Shown here one piece after another: positions 18,441 through 30,383 of a stretch of 64,000 nt of DNA. This stretch comes from Sulfolobales archaeon (GTDB lineage: Archaea; Thermoproteota; Thermoprotei_A; Sulfolobales; AG1), in assembly GCA_038867615.1 (NCBI GenBank), contig JAWBYA010000002.1:192001-256000 (forward strand). Direction: 5' to 3'. The translations under genes were made by a program, and so were the position numbers. Numbering within the stretch: the stretch's first letter is position 1; every line of letters begins with the position of its first letter. The notes under the pieces were generated by a model. The model was not told the DNA's origin, made no database searches, and saw only the letters and a program-made list of their open reading frames with translations.

Positions 18441-20024
18441 TTATCCACCTGTTTCCTCAGACCCCCAGCCACCGCCTCCCGGCGTCTCTACCACCACCTC
18501 ATCCCCAGCCTCCAGATCTATTGTGAACTTACCTGGCATGATGAGCTCTCTACCATCCCTCTTCCTTATAGTGATCCTGCCAGGCTTGCCAGGCTCGCCT
18601 CCCCAGAGACCCCATGGCGCTCTCTCGATCCTCTCCGCCATTATTGAGAGCCTTGCTGGGCTGAGGAGCTTGAAAGCCCTTATAATACCATCCCCACCCC
18701 TGTATTTCCCCTTCCCACCGCTATTCTCCCTGATCATATATGCCGTGTAGATCACGGGATACGCTCTCTCAGCAACCTCTATGGGAGTATTTAGAGTGTT
18801 TGTCATATTAACATGAACGCCCGAGACACCGTGCTTCCCAGGCCTCCCCCCAGTACCCCCGCCTATAGTCTCATAATAAGCCCAATACCCTTTAGAAGGA
18901 TCATTACCCCCCATCATTACATTAAACATAGTCCCAGAACCTGCCGCAGGAACCCTCTCAGGTACCGCTATTGAGAGGGCTTTGAGAACAGTGTCAGCTA
19001 TTCTCTGTGATGTCTCAACATTACCTCCAGAGACTGGGGCTGGTTTTACAGGGTTCACGAGACTCCCCTCAGGAGCCCTAACCTCGACGAGGCTGTAGAA
19101 ACCCTCGTTAACAGGGATCTCGCCCTCCATTATACTCCTCACAGAGAATACCGTGGCTGCATATGTCACCCCATATACAGCGTTATATGGAGCCTCGATC
19201 TGCTTGCTAGTCCCTGTGAAATCAGCCTCTACACCGCTATCGCTTATCACAAACCTCACTCTTATCACTGGATCGTTATCTCCTTGCCCAAGCTCCAAGC
19301 GATCCTCAGCCTCGAAAGACCCTCTTCTCCAGCTAGAGATCTTCTTAAGAGCCATCTCCCTACCATGCTCAATAGCCCTTTCCCAAGCATCCTCAACAGT
19401 AGTGACGCCGTATTTCTCTATAAGCTCCAAGACCCTCTTAACACCGACGATGTTGGCCGCTATCTGGGCTTTCGTATCGCCCTCAGTAACCTTAGGGGTC
19501 TTTGTGTTAGACACGATCATGCTTAGGGTCTCGTTATCAATAGATCCTCCCTTAACAATCCTAACCGGGGGTATTATGAAGCCCTCCTCATATATAGTCC
19601 TTGCAAGAGGGTTCATACTACCTGGTACAGGGCCTCCCACATCGACCTGGTGGGCTTTGTTGATAACATAGCCCATAATACCCCCTCTATAATATATCGG
19701 GGCGATCACTGTAACATCGTTTAGATGAGTCCCAGATATATATGGATCGTTGAAAATTATCATATCACCCTCGCCCATATAGATCTTACCCTCGTTTAGA
19801 AGCCTCATAATATTCCTAACACAAACCCTGAAAGACCCTAGATGGACCGGTATATGCTCAGCCTGGGCTACTATCAAGCCATCCCTGTTAACTATAGCAC
19901 AGCTATGATCCATCCTCTCCCTTATATTCGGTGAGAAAGCAGATCTCTTTAGAGCAACACCCATCTCCTCAGCTATATATACAGTGGCTTTATAGATAAC
20001 CTCCCAGGATACCATATACATCAC
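18441..20024 (-). CDS. Hydantoinase B/5-oxoprolinase beta subunit
   Basis: [35 protein letters not shown]. Confidence 0.95.
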   Translation of the reverse strand: MMYMVSWEVIYKATVYIAEEMGVALKRSAFSPNIRERMDHSCAIVNRDGLIVAQAEHIPVHLGSFRVCVRNIMRLLNEGKIYMGEGDMIIFNDPYISGTHLNDVTVIAPIYYRGGIMGYVINKAHQVDVGGPVPGSMNPLARTIYEEGFIIPPVRIVKGGSIDNETLSMIVSNTKTPKVTEGDTKAQIAANIVGVKRVLELIEKYGVTTVEDAWERAIEHGREMALKKISSWRRGSFEAEDRLELGQGDNDPVIRVRFVISDSGVEADFTGTSKQIEAPYNAVYGVTYAATVFSVRSIMEGEIPVNEGFYSLVEVRAPEGSLVNPVKPAPVSGGNVETSQRIADTVLKALSIAVPERVPAAGSGTMFNVMMGGNDPSKGYWAYYETIGGGTGGRPGKHGVSGVHVNMTNTLNTPIEVAERAYPVIYTAYMIRENSGGKGKYRGGDGIIRAFKLLSPARLSIMAERIERAPWGLWGGEPGKPGRITIRKRDGRELIMPGKFTIDLEAGDEVVVETPGGGGWGSEETGG

Positions 20025-22004
20025 CTAGATCCTCTCGATCAAGAGCTCCCCATAGCTCCCAACCCTCACACCCCAGCCCTCGGGAACAACTGTAGTTGAT
20101 CCATACTCGTCTATGAGTACAGGACCCTTGATATGAGAACCAGCACCTAGATCCTCTCTCCAATATACCGGGACTTCAACCCAGCTACCACCTATATTAG
20201 CCCTCCTATACCCCCTAGGAGATACAGAGCCAGAGCCAGCAGGGGCCTTGAGCCTAGGCTTCCTCCTCCTAACTATAGCGAAAACCCTTATAGTAACAAC
20301 CTCAACAGGGTTATCAATCCTAAAGCCATAGATTGCTAGATGCCTCTCCTCAAAAGTCCTCGCTATATCCTCAAGCGATGCAGGTCTCCCCACGGGTACC
20401 GTGACCTCCCAGCCCTGCCCCGCATACCTTGCATCCGCGTATCTTATAAAGAGATCCACTCTGCCAAGCCTCTTGAGAAGCCTCTCTTCAAGCTCTCTGA
20501 AAGCACCCTCTATATCTCTTGGGAACGAGGCTCTCAGCTCGAACCTCCAGTCAGCTAGTAGGAGGCCTAGTGCGCTGAAAACGCTGGGGAGCGGTGGTAT
20601 GACCACCCTCTCAATCCCCATCTCCTCAGCAATCCCCACAGCATGCTGAGGCCCTGCGCCTCCGAAAGCCATTAAGGCGAACTCGGAGGGGTCGAGACCT
20701 CTCTCAACCGTGACAAGCCTTATAGCCCTCGCAGCCTCTAGATCTGCTAGCCTTATAGCCTCTAGAGAAACCTCGTAGGGATCTCCAAGCCTGGAGAGAC
20801 CCTCTAAAGCCTTATCACTATATAGCCTCATAGAGCCTCCTAGAAGGGACTCTCCAAGCCTTCCAAGCACTAGGTTTGCATCAGTTATAGTAGGTCTAGA
20901 GCCTCCCCTCCCATAGCATATAGGCCCTGGGTCCGAGCCAGCACTTATAGGCCCGACCCTCAGGGCTCCTGCCTCGTCCCTCCAGATAATGGTACCCCCG
21001 CCTGCCGATACCTCAGCAAGATCTATGAATGGGAATCTCACCGGGTAGCCTGAGCCCTTAACAATCCTCCCATAGTTAGCCTCGCCACCAACCTCATACT
21101 CGCCAGTGATCTCTATCTCGCCATCAACTATAGTCCCAGCCTTTGCTGTAGTACCACCTATATCAAGGCTGATCACCCTCCTCTCCCCAATCATTCTAGC
21201 CAGCTCTGCTGCTGCAACAACCCCCGCAGCCGGGCCGCTCTCTATAACCTGGATCGGTCTCTCAACAGCCTCTCTGGTATCGATGAGACCCCCAGAGCTT
21301 GACATAATATAGAGCCTCGGTTCCCCGAAGCCCTTGAGGCTCTCCTCGAGGGAGCCTATATATCTGGAGACGAGAGGCATGAGGACCGCGTTAACCACAG
21401 CTGTTGATGTCCTCTCATACTCCCTCGGCTCTGGGGCTATCTCGTGTGATGCCACTACGTATCTAAACCTCCCAGCAAGGATCTTTTTAACGGCGATCTC
21501 GTTTGAGGGGTTTATATATGAGTGGAGGAACGATATCGCGATCGAATCAACACCAGCCTTAGAGATCTTCTCCGCGATCAGAGATATCTCACCAGGATCT
21601 GGGGGAATAATGATCTCTCCTGAAGGTCCTGTTCTCTCATTAACCTCGAACCTAAGCTCTCTGGGAACAAGTGGTTTTGGTTTTTCGAAGAACTGATCAT
21701 ATAGCCTCGGTCTATTCTGTCTACCAATCTCTATAACATCCCTAAAACCCTTGGTTGTTATCAAAGCGACCCTGGGGATCTCGAGCCCCACCTGGCCTCT
21801 CAAAGCATTGGTAGCTATGGTTGTTGCATGCATAATCTCCGATACTCTAGCCCCGATCATCCCCAACCCCCTAACAATAGTCTCTTCAGGTCTCCTGGGG
21901 TTGGTAAGGATCTTGAAGGATCTCACAGTACCATCGTCATCCATGAAAACAAAATCCGTGAATGTACCCCCAACATCGACCGCAGCAATCAGTGTCAAAA
22001 CCAC
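20025..22004 (-). CDS. Hydantoinase A/5-oxoprolinase ATP-binding subunit
   Basis: [30 protein letters not shown]. Confidence 0.95.
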   Translation of the reverse strand: MVLTLIAAVDVGGTFTDFVFMDDDGTVRSFKILTNPRRPEETIVRGLGMIGARVSEIMHATTIATNALRGQVGLEIPRVALITTKGFRDVIEIGRQNRPRLYDQFFEKPKPLVPRELRFEVNERTGPSGEIIIPPDPGEISLIAEKISKAGVDSIAISFLHSYINPSNEIAVKKILAGRFRYVVASHEIAPEPREYERTSTAVVNAVLMPLVSRYIGSLEESLKGFGEPRLYIMSSSGGLIDTREAVERPIQVIESGPAAGVVAAAELARMIGERRVISLDIGGTTAKAGTIVDGEIEITGEYEVGGEANYGRIVKGSGYPVRFPFIDLAEVSAGGGTIIWRDEAGALRVGPISAGSDPGPICYGRGGSRPTITDANLVLGRLGESLLGGSMRLYSDKALEGLSRLGDPYEVSLEAIRLADLEAARAIRLVTVERGLDPSEFALMAFGGAGPQHAVGIAEEMGIERVVIPPLPSVFSALGLLLADWRFELRASFPRDIEGAFRELEERLLKRLGRVDLFIRYADARYAGQGWEVTVPVGRPASLEDIARTFEERHLAIYGFRIDNPVEVVTIRVFAIVRRRKPRLKAPAGSGSVSPRGYRRANIGGSWVEVPVYWREDLGAGSHIKGPVLIDEYGSTTVVPEGWGVRVGSYGELLIERI

Positions 22005-22260
22005 ATCCCCACCTTTCTGTCTTTATCTTAATAGCATTAAATGTTACAGAGACCCTGAATAATGCCGCAAGAAACATAACCAAGGCTAAGGAAACGATCT
22101 TTACTCTGTCTGTTAAAACCGCAAGGCTGCTAAAGCGTACTATCAACGAGACCCACAAGCCTACTGGTGATTAGTATATTAAGGCGCGAGAGACCTCCGT
22201 CAAGTGAGGGGGATAACCGGGCTACATGCGATAGTGATTGTTAGGATAGCTAGCTCTATT

Positions 22261-22716
22261 CTATATCTCTATGAACTCTACCATGCCGCATGCTGCTAGC
22301 TTTACAGCTGTGACTATATGGATCATGTGTACATATCCCCTCCTCAACCTTATATTTCCCATCGATAGATCCGCCTTTGATCTCACAGGAACCCTCTCAT
22401 AAGGATCCATGGGATAGCCTTTGAACATCGATGCATAGCTCTCAACAAGATGAGAAACGCTTCTAAGTATCTCTTTATCGAAAGAGTCTCCAGGATCTAT
22501 GCCTCCGAGGGTCTTAAAGATTCTGAGCTTTGCGAGAGAGCTCGCAGCACGATCCAGTGCTTCTATAAGCTCACCACAGATGCTTTTCTCACCCCTCCTA
22601 GAACACCAGGAAAGCGTCCTAGAGATCTTCTCGATCTCCTCGGCTATGTTTGCATAGCCGACCTCATAGATCTTTCTCAACATAACCTCCTCCTCAAGGA
22701 TCTTGCCCAGCTCCAC
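22261..22716 (-). CDS. gins15: GINS complex subunit Gins15 (A-B domain order)
   Basis: Helical A domain (SLAKLRIFKTLGG...FD) followed by a beta B domain (VPVR...LRRG...A.KL...G.VE); 151 aa; resembles recalled Sulfolobus Gins15. Confidence 0.7.
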   Translation of the reverse strand: MELGKILEEEVMLRKIYEVGYANIAEEIEKISRTLSWCSRRGEKSICGELIEALDRAASSLAKLRIFKTLGGIDPGDSFDKEILRSVSHLVESYASMFKGYPMDPYERVPVRSKADLSMGNIRLRRGYVHMIHIVTAVKLAACGMVEFIEI

Positions 22717-23065
22717 AAGATCACCGTATTAATATTTTAGAGAACTCGTTTATTTTTGATAAACATAAGAGAGAAGAGCGATCCATAGCTTTGTTGATAT
22801 TGCCTTGCAACTAAACGTTTCCATATTACCCTTGATAGTAGTGAGAGCAATGCTCAAAACCACCTGGGGGATAGACCATCTATTGATAAGAGCCCACACC
22901 ACTGGGTCTGTGTCAAAACCAAGACACAAGAAAAGAGATCCCCTCATATAGATAGAGACCTGATAAAAAGCACCAAAACACCGGGATAGATTGCTATAAC
23001 AAAGATACCTATGGCTCGCCATGTCTAGGTGGGAAAACAACCGTTCGACAGATCTGTTAAAAAAT

Positions 23066-23392
23066 CTATCCGAAGAGAGCTGAAAGTCCTTGCTCCAGCT
23101 CCTCCTCGCTGACCTCTTTCTTCTCCTCTTTCTTCTCCTCCTCTGGCTTGGCTTGCTTCTCCTGCTGTGCTTGTGGTGCCTGTGGTGCTGGGGCAGCAAC
23201 AGCAGCCGCTGGTGCAAAGACAGCTGTTTTGATAACTTCGTCGATGTTTATCTGCTTTACAGCCGCCACCAGGCTTTTCAGCCTTACCTCGTCAACCTCT
23301 ATCCCAGCTGATAATAGGATCTTTCTCACATTATCTTCGCTAATCTCTTTACCCGCCGAGTGTAGGAGGAGGGTTGCGTAGACGTACTCTAT
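23066..23392 (-). CDS. rpl12: 50S stalk protein P1/L12; inferred ATA start
   Basis: (I)[21 protein letters not shown]...EQGLSALFG; GGTGA upstream; in-frame TGA three codons before the ATA. Confidence 0.95.
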   Translation of the reverse strand: MEYVYATLLLHSAGKEISEDNVRKILLSAGIEVDEVRLKSLVAAVKQINIDEVIKTAVFAPAAAVAAPAPQAPQAQQEKQAKPEEEKKEEKKEVSEEELEQGLSALFG

Positions 23393-23456
23393 ACTGATTC
23401 ACCTATTAACAATACTTATCGGAGGGATATAAGTGTTAATCACCTGGTATAGATCC

Positions 23457-24116
23457 TCATATCTCTATATTGGCATGCCTCTTCCCAAGATCCTCCTCAC
23501 TAATACCCAGCCTCTCCATCAACTCAACCACAAGCCCGTCGAGGAAAACCATCGCCGTATCCTCAAAGAGTGTTCCCAGGGGCGCTAGGGGCTCGTGAAT
23601 CCCCAGGATCTGTCTCATGAAGTAATCCTCCTCACGAGCAACCTTGGTTCTGCCAGGCACTACTATTACCGCATCGCATAGCTGGGCTAGCGGTGAGTCT
23701 GGGAAAGATGTTATCCCTAGTATCAAGGCACCAACGGTTTTAGCAGCCTCAGCAGCTGTTACTATAAGCTTAGTCCTCCCCGAACCGCTTATAGCTATCA
23801 CGAGATCCCCCTTACTTATAGGCGGGACTATAGTGTCCCCAAGCACATTGACCTGGTAGCCTAGGTGTAACAGCCTCATGGCAAAGGCTCTACCAACCAA
23901 CCCGCTTCTACCAGCACCCATAACAAGGATCTTCTTCTTCTGCCTATATACATCAAGGAGTAGAGAGATAGCTCTTGAGATCTCCTCGCTCGAGATCTTC
24001 TCAGAAGCCTCAAGTATAAAGCGGGCTATATTTACCATAGATCTTCTAAATGTCTCATAATTACTCTTGCTAGATAGATCTACTTGTGATCTGGGTCTTG
24101 GTGAGGGATTATCCAC
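23457..24116 (-). CDS. hxlB: 6-phospho-3-hexuloisomerase (SIS domain)
   Basis: [29 protein letters not shown]; GTG start placed after a TTATATAA box. Confidence 0.93.
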   Translation of the reverse strand: MDNPSPRPRSQVDLSSKSNYETFRRSMVNIARFILEASEKISSEEISRAISLLLDVYRQKKKILVMGAGRSGLVGRAFAMRLLHLGYQVNVLGDTIVPPISKGDLVIAISGSGRTKLIVTAAEAAKTVGALILGITSFPDSPLAQLCDAVIVVPGRTKVAREEDYFMRQILGIHEPLAPLGTLFEDTAMVFLDGLVVELMERLGISEEDLGKRHANIEI

Positions 24117-24213
24117 AGCTTCCCTAAATAGTGATATTCTAGAATGCTTATATAATCCAGCTGCAGCCATAGATCCTTAATAGCATGAACATGTAAATTA
24201 CGAACGATGGGAT

Positions 24214-25470
24214 CTAGAAGTCTAGACCATGCGTACCACCACTCCTTATAGCAATCATCTCCTTCCTAAGCCTGGAGAGCCTTATATTATGCATGAGGAA
24301 GAACACAACTATCGCAAGCCCTGTGAGAGGCGCTGAAGCCGCAGTAACCCCCTGGATCCCTGTGATGTCATAGATAGCCCTTAGGATAAGTGATGTGTTG
24401 AACAAGAGATAGGGGATATAGCTAGGCCTGGGGACTTTCCTAAGGCTAATCCCTGCATGGCTATACATAAGCACAGCATCCACGCCAAATATAGTGTTGA
24501 ATATAAAGCCAAGCGCCATAGCATGTATAGCAAGATCCCTTGGAAGGCTTGATACCTCGGTGAGGAGGGGTGTTAATGCAAAAAGAACCCCTCCCAACAG
24601 AAGCCATGTGAACGCTGTCACCATATGCACCAATGAATACCTAGCCATATAGATTGGGACAAGGCCTCCCCTAACCCCGCTTCTAAGGCTTGAGAGAAGC
24701 CCTAGATCCTTGAACGCTAGAAGCGAGCCGATGATCACTAGGAAGCCTCCAGCAACATCTTTATAGGGGATCTTGGCTGAATATATAATAACACCTATAA
24801 CCACCAACACATAGCCAGCCATGATCATAGCCCTATAGGGTGGGCGTTTCCCACCAACCTGGCCCGTGAGAAGCGGTATGTCTCTCGACTCGACAGCCAG
24901 TATAGCTCCGAGAGGGAATACAAGGCTGGCGATTCCTATCTCATATATAGGTGATCCTAGAAAGACCCTCTGAAGGATCCAGAGTAATAATACCAAGAAT
25001 GTTATTACAGGTGTTAAGACCAAGAGGATATTGTATTGAGTTGGTCTGAAACCAAGCCTGCTGGGTCTTAGAAAGACAGATGATCCATATGCTGATAGCA
25101 GAGCCATATTGATCGATACCAAGGCTAGGGAAGCAACAACCTCGCCATAGATCCAGAGGATAACAGACCCCCAGAAGAGGGCTAGGTACAAGGCTATATA
25201 GTGGGTAGGAGCAACCCTGCCCGACCACTCAAAGGATAGGAGGGAGAATATCTCTAAAGATATTAGTGAGAGTAGAAACCCATAGATCATTAGAAACCAG
25301 TGGAAACCAGCTCCCGGGAGGTTCTCTGCAAAAGCGATATCTATTCCTTGGTATTTGAGCATCAAGATAATCCCGACAAACCCTCCCAGCAACAGAGTAA
25401 CCATTCCCGAGAGCATTATCGGCCTTCCAACGCCTAGGGGATAAAAAGATCCGCCTACTCCCAAGATCAC
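24214..25470 (-). CDS. Polytopic membrane protein, NnrS-like (NO-response family)
   Basis: About 12 TM; FHWFLMIYGF and DLAIHAMALGF histidine motifs. Confidence 0.6.
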   Translation of the reverse strand: MILGVGGSFYPLGVGRPIMLSGMVTLLLGGFVGIILMLKYQGIDIAFAENLPGAGFHWFLMIYGFLLSLISLEIFSLLSFEWSGRVAPTHYIALYLALFWGSVILWIYGEVVASLALVSINMALLSAYGSSVFLRPSRLGFRPTQYNILLVLTPVITFLVLLLWILQRVFLGSPIYEIGIASLVFPLGAILAVESRDIPLLTGQVGGKRPPYRAMIMAGYVLVVIGVIIYSAKIPYKDVAGGFLVIIGSLLAFKDLGLLSSLRSGVRGGLVPIYMARYSLVHMVTAFTWLLLGGVLFALTPLLTEVSSLPRDLAIHAMALGFIFNTIFGVDAVLMYSHAGISLRKVPRPSYIPYLLFNTSLILRAIYDITGIQGVTAASAPLTGLAIVVFFLMHNIRLSRLRKEMIAIRSGGTHGLDF

Positions 25471-25544
25471 CCCTGATTAATGACACGACACGCCCTATAT
25501 AGCATCAACCTAATCTTTTAGTCTGTGATCTTTGGGCCAGCGTT

Positions 25545-25961
25545 CTACCCACCATAGCTGGCACAGTAGTCGTCTGTCTCGCAAACCTCAACCTCTGATA
25601 AGCCCTTTATACCCATGTTCTCAAGAGACTCATAGATCCACCTGGATAGCTCCTCAGCAGATGCTATCTTTATGGGAAGCCTTACGTTCTTGGCGCCAGC
25701 TATGTCCTCCTGACCCTCTGATAATATATATGAGTGATCCAGGGGTTCGAGGAGGGTATTGACGGCTTTGCTAAGCTCATCAAGATCCATAACCCATGGC
25801 GTGCTCCCATCAGCACATACCTTCACCCTAACAAGGTAGTTATGCCCATGTATCTTTGAACATTTCTGGCTAAGATTCTCGGGAACCCTGTGCCCAGCGA
25901 TAAACCTGGATCTCACACTTATGCATGTCCTCAAACCCGCCGCCTCCGCAACTACCAACAC
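25545..25961 (-). CDS. queD: 6-carboxytetrahydropterin synthase/PTPS family
   Basis: GHR...CSKIHGHNY, LDH, SAEEL, ET. Confidence 0.88.
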   Translation of the reverse strand: MLVVAEAAGLRTCISVRSRFIAGHRVPENLSQKCSKIHGHNYLVRVKVCADGSTPWVMDLDELSKAVNTLLEPLDHSYILSEGQEDIAGAKNVRLPIKIASAEELSRWIYESLENMGIKGLSEVEVCETDDYCASYGG

Positions 25962-26159
25962 AGTATAGCTGTAAGGCCCATAAATACCCGCCGTTTTCCT
26001 CTTACGTATGATCTTCCCTGCTATATAGATCTAAATGTGTGAGGGTTTAGATCAATAGGACTAAGAAAAGAGCTATTAATATCTAGCGTGGAGCAGTATA
26101 ACGAATACCAAGTAAACGTGCGTGATAGCCTTAGTTCTTTGGGCTATGGTGCTTTAGAG

Positions 26160-27173
26160 CTAGGATGCACGCCCTTCTACTCGATCTATTCTGACGCATC
26201 CCACGCTTTTCACTACATTATTTACTCTTGATAATATGTAGTCATGGAGGGGTTTCTCGATCCTGATCTTATATAATAGTTTGTATATAGCTGGTATTCC
26301 TATAAAAGCTCCAGCCGCTGGTTTATGTCCTCCCCCGCCTAGACCGAGGGCTATTAGTCTTACATCGCATTTCCTAGACCTCAGGCTTAGGGGGCCTGAA
26401 GGGTTTATTATCAATGCTATATCGCTATTACTTATTGATAGAATATAGTGGGCTAGCTGGCTAGCCGAGATCTCTCTATGTCTCTTAACAACAGAAGCTA
26501 GAGAAACACTATCGATCCTAGTGATCCTGGTTTTTCTCCTATAGTGATTATATAGCCTCAGCTCCTTATCTACGAGCTTCTCAACATAAGGCCTTCCCCA
26601 GGCTATGATATCCTCAATACTCTGTGATTTGATCAGCAGGTTTAGGAGAAGCCTTCTCCAGAGATCATCCTTCCTATATATTGAGATCCTTAGGAGCCAT
26701 GGTGATAGTGGGTCATCGAACCTCCACAGATCTATGGAACATACTGCTGAGATAAGGCTCTCGATAAAACGATCCCTGTTCTCCGAGGCCGAGGCCACGA
26801 CGCCCGTGGCGCACATGGATCTATCGATCTTTATTCTAGCATATCTAGAGAGCGAGTTGAACACATTCTCATCCCATACGTGGTGGTCGTACCACTCAAC
26901 CTCGACTCCCTTGTTCTTGAAAGCACCAAGTATAACTCCTATTCTTTCGGCATTGTTAGCATTTGGCGAGAGATCTGTTATAACAACCCTCTCGGCAGAG
27001 CCCCCGTAGAGATCCCAGGCTTCTTCAACAGCGTATTCAAGATCCTCGGGCTCTGTGAAGATAACGACGTATCTCTTCCCCTCAAGCTTTAGCCTTATAT
27101 AGGCTGCAGCACTCCCGATCCCGTCTATATCGGTGTGGGTTATTATCACATTGACACTACTGCTCAAAAACAC
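26160..27173 (-). CDS. DHH/DHHA1 phosphoesterase
   Basis: HTDIDG, ITD, YDHH, SLRS, GGGHKPAAG. Confidence 0.9.
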   Translation of the reverse strand: MFLSSSVNVIITHTDIDGIGSAAAYIRLKLEGKRYVVIFTEPEDLEYAVEEAWDLYGGSAERVVITDLSPNANNAERIGVILGAFKNKGVEVEWYDHHVWDENVFNSLSRYARIKIDRSMCATGVVASASENRDRFIESLISAVCSIDLWRFDDPLSPWLLRISIYRKDDLWRRLLLNLLIKSQSIEDIIAWGRPYVEKLVDKELRLYNHYRRKTRITRIDSVSLASVVKRHREISASQLAHYILSISNSDIALIINPSGPLSLRSRKCDVRLIALGLGGGGHKPAAGAFIGIPAIYKLLYKIRIEKPLHDYILSRVNNVVKSVGCVRIDRVEGRAS

Positions 27174-27211
27174 ATCAGCTCTCTAGATCAGTGATTCGAT
27201 GCTTATAAAGG

Positions 27212-28138
27212 TTAGCGCCGAGACTTCTTATCCCTAAACCTCTTGCTATATATATAGGACGCCACCTCGAAAACAATTTTAGCTCCAAGCATCGAGGTTA
27301 CTCCGGAAGGGTCTGCCAGTGGGTTTATCTCAACCAAGTCAAAGCCTGTTACCCTTTCATCAACCACATCATATAGAAGATCAAGAAGATCCCATGTAGC
27401 TATTCCATCAGGCTCAGGAGTCCCTGTCCCGGGAGCGAAGGAGGGGTCGAGCACGTCTATATCTATGGATAGATAGATATGCTTATGATTATCCATGAAC
27501 CTGAGGATCTTCCCTGCAACAGCCCTTCTACCCTCCCTCCTAAACTCAAGGCTTGTCACATAATCAACACCGCTTTTAGCAGCAACTCTCATCTCCTCCT
27601 TAGTATATGCCCTCACACCGACTAGGAGCACGCTTCCGGGACCGAGGAGGTCTGCTATTCGTTTTGAGACACATGCATGGCTAAACTTATTACCCATATA
27701 CTCATCCCTAAGATCCATGTGGGCGTCTAGAACAACAACCCCTGTGTCTCGGGGGAGGGCTCTTACAGGCCCTAGCGTTACTGTGTGCTCGCCCCCAACA
27801 ACTATCGGGATCCTCCCCTCTGATACGAGATCCTTAACAACCGCCTCTATAGCCTCTATAGTCTTCGCAGAATCGCCGTGGAATACCGCTACATCCCCCT
27901 CATCATAGACCCCGATCTCCTCCATATCAACACCAGACCTGGGGCTGAAGAGCTCGAGGCTTCTTGAATAAATCCTAAGATAATCCGGAGCGAATCTAGA
28001 GCCTGGTTTAAAGGTTGATGTGCTATCGAAAGGAACTCCTAAGAAGCTGAAGATCGTTTTATCCCTATTCCACTCATAACCGCCAAAGGCTGTTGGTCTC
28101 TTCACTAAATATAGATCCTTTAAACCCACCTGGAGCAC
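27212..28138 (-). CDS. speB: Agmatinase (ureohydrolase family)
   Basis: GGEH, DAHMD, SIDIDVLDP, PGTGTPEP. Confidence 0.93.
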   Translation of the reverse strand: MLQVGLKDLYLVKRPTAFGGYEWNRDKTIFSFLGVPFDSTSTFKPGSRFAPDYLRIYSRSLELFSPRSGVDMEEIGVYDEGDVAVFHGDSAKTIEAIEAVVKDLVSEGRIPIVVGGEHTVTLGPVRALPRDTGVVVLDAHMDLRDEYMGNKFSHACVSKRIADLLGPGSVLLVGVRAYTKEEMRVAAKSGVDYVTSLEFRREGRRAVAGKILRFMDNHKHIYLSIDIDVLDPSFAPGTGTPEPDGIATWDLLDLLYDVVDERVTGFDLVEINPLADPSGVTSMLGAKIVFEVASYIYSKRFRDKKSRR

Positions 28139-28153
28139 CTATAATGCATGGTG

Positions 28154-28621
28154 CTAAGCACTGCTTCTTTCCTTGCTCTGTATAATAACCTCTCCCCCAG
28201 AGCTCTTTATAGCCTCCACAGCTTTTTCTGTAGCGTATTTAACTATAACCTTAAGCGGTGTTGAGATCCTTCCAGATCCTAGGAGTTTGTTATAACCATG
28301 CTCCCCAAGATCTATTACAGGCATTTCTCCCTCGGTCTTGAGAGCCCCGGAGATCCTGAGCTTCTCTACAAGCTCTTCCAACTGTGATAGGTTTATACCC
28401 CTTATCTCTTCCCAGTGCTCGGGACCTCTTGGTGTAAAGCCCCTCTTTCCATACCATTCTGGGAAGTATTTCAGAACCCACATCCATTTATGCTTGTGGA
28501 AACCCACTGCACCCTTACCGCCCCTGCTTCCCGACTTTCTATGCTGGCCCACATTACCCCAGCCCATTGTTCTTGTCCTACCCCTCAGCTTTCTACTCTT
28601 CCTCCTCCTCCTAACCACCAT
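28154..28621 (-). CDS. rpl15: 50S ribosomal protein uL15
   Basis: RKLRGRTRTMGWG, GSRGGKG, KLLGSG. Confidence 0.97.
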   Translation of the reverse strand: MVVRRRRKSRKLRGRTRTMGWGNVGQHRKSGSRGGKGAVGFHKHKWMWVLKYFPEWYGKRGFTPRGPEHWEEIRGINLSQLEELVEKLRISGALKTEGEMPVIDLGEHGYNKLLGSGRISTPLKVIVKYATEKAVEAIKSSGGEVIIQSKERSSA

Positions 28622-29104
28622 CTAGATCATCCTCCTTATGAGATCATTTATATCCTGACCCCTATAGCCCAGCTCTCCACCATTCCCATATGGCTTTTTA
28701 ATAGAGCCCTTAAATCCGCCGCTTGGTGGGTGGAGTCTGAAGACAGGCTTTACTATGTTATCGATCTTGTGGAGCATCTCCTCACCCTTATAGATCGCTG
28801 TGGCAAGCTCCTCTATAGATTTATACTTATTATTAGTAGCCCTGGCTATATAGTCATCGCTCAAACGCCTATTCCCAGGAGCCCTGCCCCTCTTCTTTAT
28901 AAGATCCAGGAGTGTTTCGTAGCTAATCTCGCCCCATGTTATCCACATAGCTGCCTTTCTAAGCATACCCCCCACACCAGGGAGGCTGTCTGGATAGAGT
29001 GTCGCGTGGAATTTCCTATAAAGCCTCAGCAACTCTAGTGTTTTCTCAACATCAGGCGGTACGTCAACCCTTCCTCTAAGCCTTATTATTGCTAGGAGAG
29101 CCAT
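28622..29104 (-). CDS. rpl30: 50S ribosomal protein uL30
   Basis: AIIRLRG, FRLHPPSGG, GELGYRG. Confidence 0.97.
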   Translation of the reverse strand: MALLAIIRLRGRVDVPPDVEKTLELLRLYRKFHATLYPDSLPGVGGMLRKAAMWITWGEISYETLLDLIKKRGRAPGNRRLSDDYIARATNNKYKSIEELATAIYKGEEMLHKIDNIVKPVFRLHPPSGGFKGSIKKPYGNGGELGYRGQDINDLIRRMI

Positions 29105-29106
29105 GA

Positions 29107-29769
29107 TCACCTACCCCACTCACTCACAGAGACAAACCTATATGCACGCCTAAGAGCGTCAAACACCGCTTGGGCGAAATTAATAGTCGTTGAAGTCTTA
29201 CCCCTACTCCACGACCATATATCACTTATACCAGCATATCTCAGGATAACTTTAGCAGTATCCCCAGCAACAAGCCCTGTCCCCTTGGGTGCTGGTTTCA
29301 ACACCACATCAACACTGCCAGCCTTGCCCCTGACTTGGTAGGGTATTGAGTGGGGCTCTGAGCACCCGCACTCGAAGCTACCGCAACCCCTTCTCACGGG
29401 GATTATGTTGAGCTTAGCATCTGCTAAAGCCTTATCAACAGCTATTCTCAGCTGCCTAGCCTTACCAACACCGAGTCCTACGAAGCCATTCTGGTTGCCG
29501 ACCACAACAACTACCCTGAACCTAGTGATCCTGCCCGCGTCTGTCATTTTCTGCACCATATTTATATCTATGATCTCGTGCTGGAGCTCTCTGCCAAGGA
29601 GAGCGTCAACGATCTCTGGCTCTTTTATCCTCATATTCATATCGAATATCTCTTTAAGAGATCCTATCTTACCCTCCTTAACAAGCCACCCAAGCCTTGT
29701 CCTGGGTTTCCACTCCTCTATAGCCTCGTATGGCTGTATCTTCTCACCAAACTCCTCAGCGCTCACCAA
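29107..29769 (-). CDS. rps5: 30S ribosomal protein uS5
   Basis: [28 protein letters not shown]. Confidence 0.98.
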   Translation of the reverse strand: MVSAEEFGEKIQPYEAIEEWKPRTRLGWLVKEGKIGSLKEIFDMNMRIKEPEIVDALLGRELQHEIIDINMVQKMTDAGRITRFRVVVVVGNQNGFVGLGVGKARQLRIAVDKALADAKLNIIPVRRGCGSFECGCSEPHSIPYQVRGKAGSVDVVLKPAPKGTGLVAGDTAKVILRYAGISDIWSWSRGKTSTTINFAQAVFDALRRAYRFVSVSEWGR

Positions 29770-30382
29770 CCCTCACCTCCACACCTAGTTTCTTCCCAAG
29801 CTCTACTATTCTTGAAAATACCTGGTCAAAATGCTCGGGGAGCTTTCTAGGGTCAAGCCCTCTGCTCAGGATCTCTGAGAACTGCCTCTTAAACGCCTCG
29901 GGATCGTTTGACGAGAGCTGTTCAGCGTACCTAGCTATATCCTCACCCCTGATCCTCTCCCAACTCGGGATCATATCCTCATCCACAGGGATCTTAAGCC
30001 CGGCATCGATAGCGCCCTTAACAACAGCATAGATCCTAGAGCCTCTAACACTCGCGTGAAGCCCTATATCTAGCACTGCTTCCTCAACACCCATCAGCCT
30101 TGCCTTGATACCGAGGAGAAGCCCTGCTAGATAGGCTGCGGGTGTGCTCTTACCACCCCCCATCCAGCCTAGCTTTTTAATAAGCTCTGAGGTGTTGGTT
30201 GCTGCCAGGGTTATATCGCCTATAGGGGTTGGTCTGATGATCTGTACTGTTATGTATCTATTGCTCCTTCTAACAACAAGTCTAGTGGCTCTCGAGAGTA
30301 CATAGGTATATCTCTTATAATAGTTAGTCTTACCCTCCCTCTTCCTTCTCCTTGGAACCCTATATGTTGGTCCCCTAGCCAT
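29756..30382 (-). CDS. rpl18: 50S ribosomal protein uL18
   Basis: [26 protein letters not shown]. Confidence 0.97.
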   Translation of the reverse strand: MARGPTYRVPRRRKREGKTNYYKRYTYVLSRATRLVVRRSNRYITVQIIRPTPIGDITLAATNTSELIKKLGWMGGGKSTPAAYLAGLLLGIKARLMGVEEAVLDIGLHASVRGSRIYAVVKGAIDAGLKIPVDEDMIPSWERIRGEDIARYAEQLSSNDPEAFKRQFSEILSRGLDPRKLPEHFDQVFSRIVELGKKLGVEVRVGER

Positions 30383-30383
30383 G

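Noticed and set aside
21937-22174. Small ORFs between hyuA and gins15
   Set aside because: No SD or motif support, and both overlap hyuA.
22750-23217. 155-aa ORF overlapping rpl12
   Set aside because: It is an alternate frame of the low-complexity rpl12 hinge running into intergenic DNA, with no homology cues.
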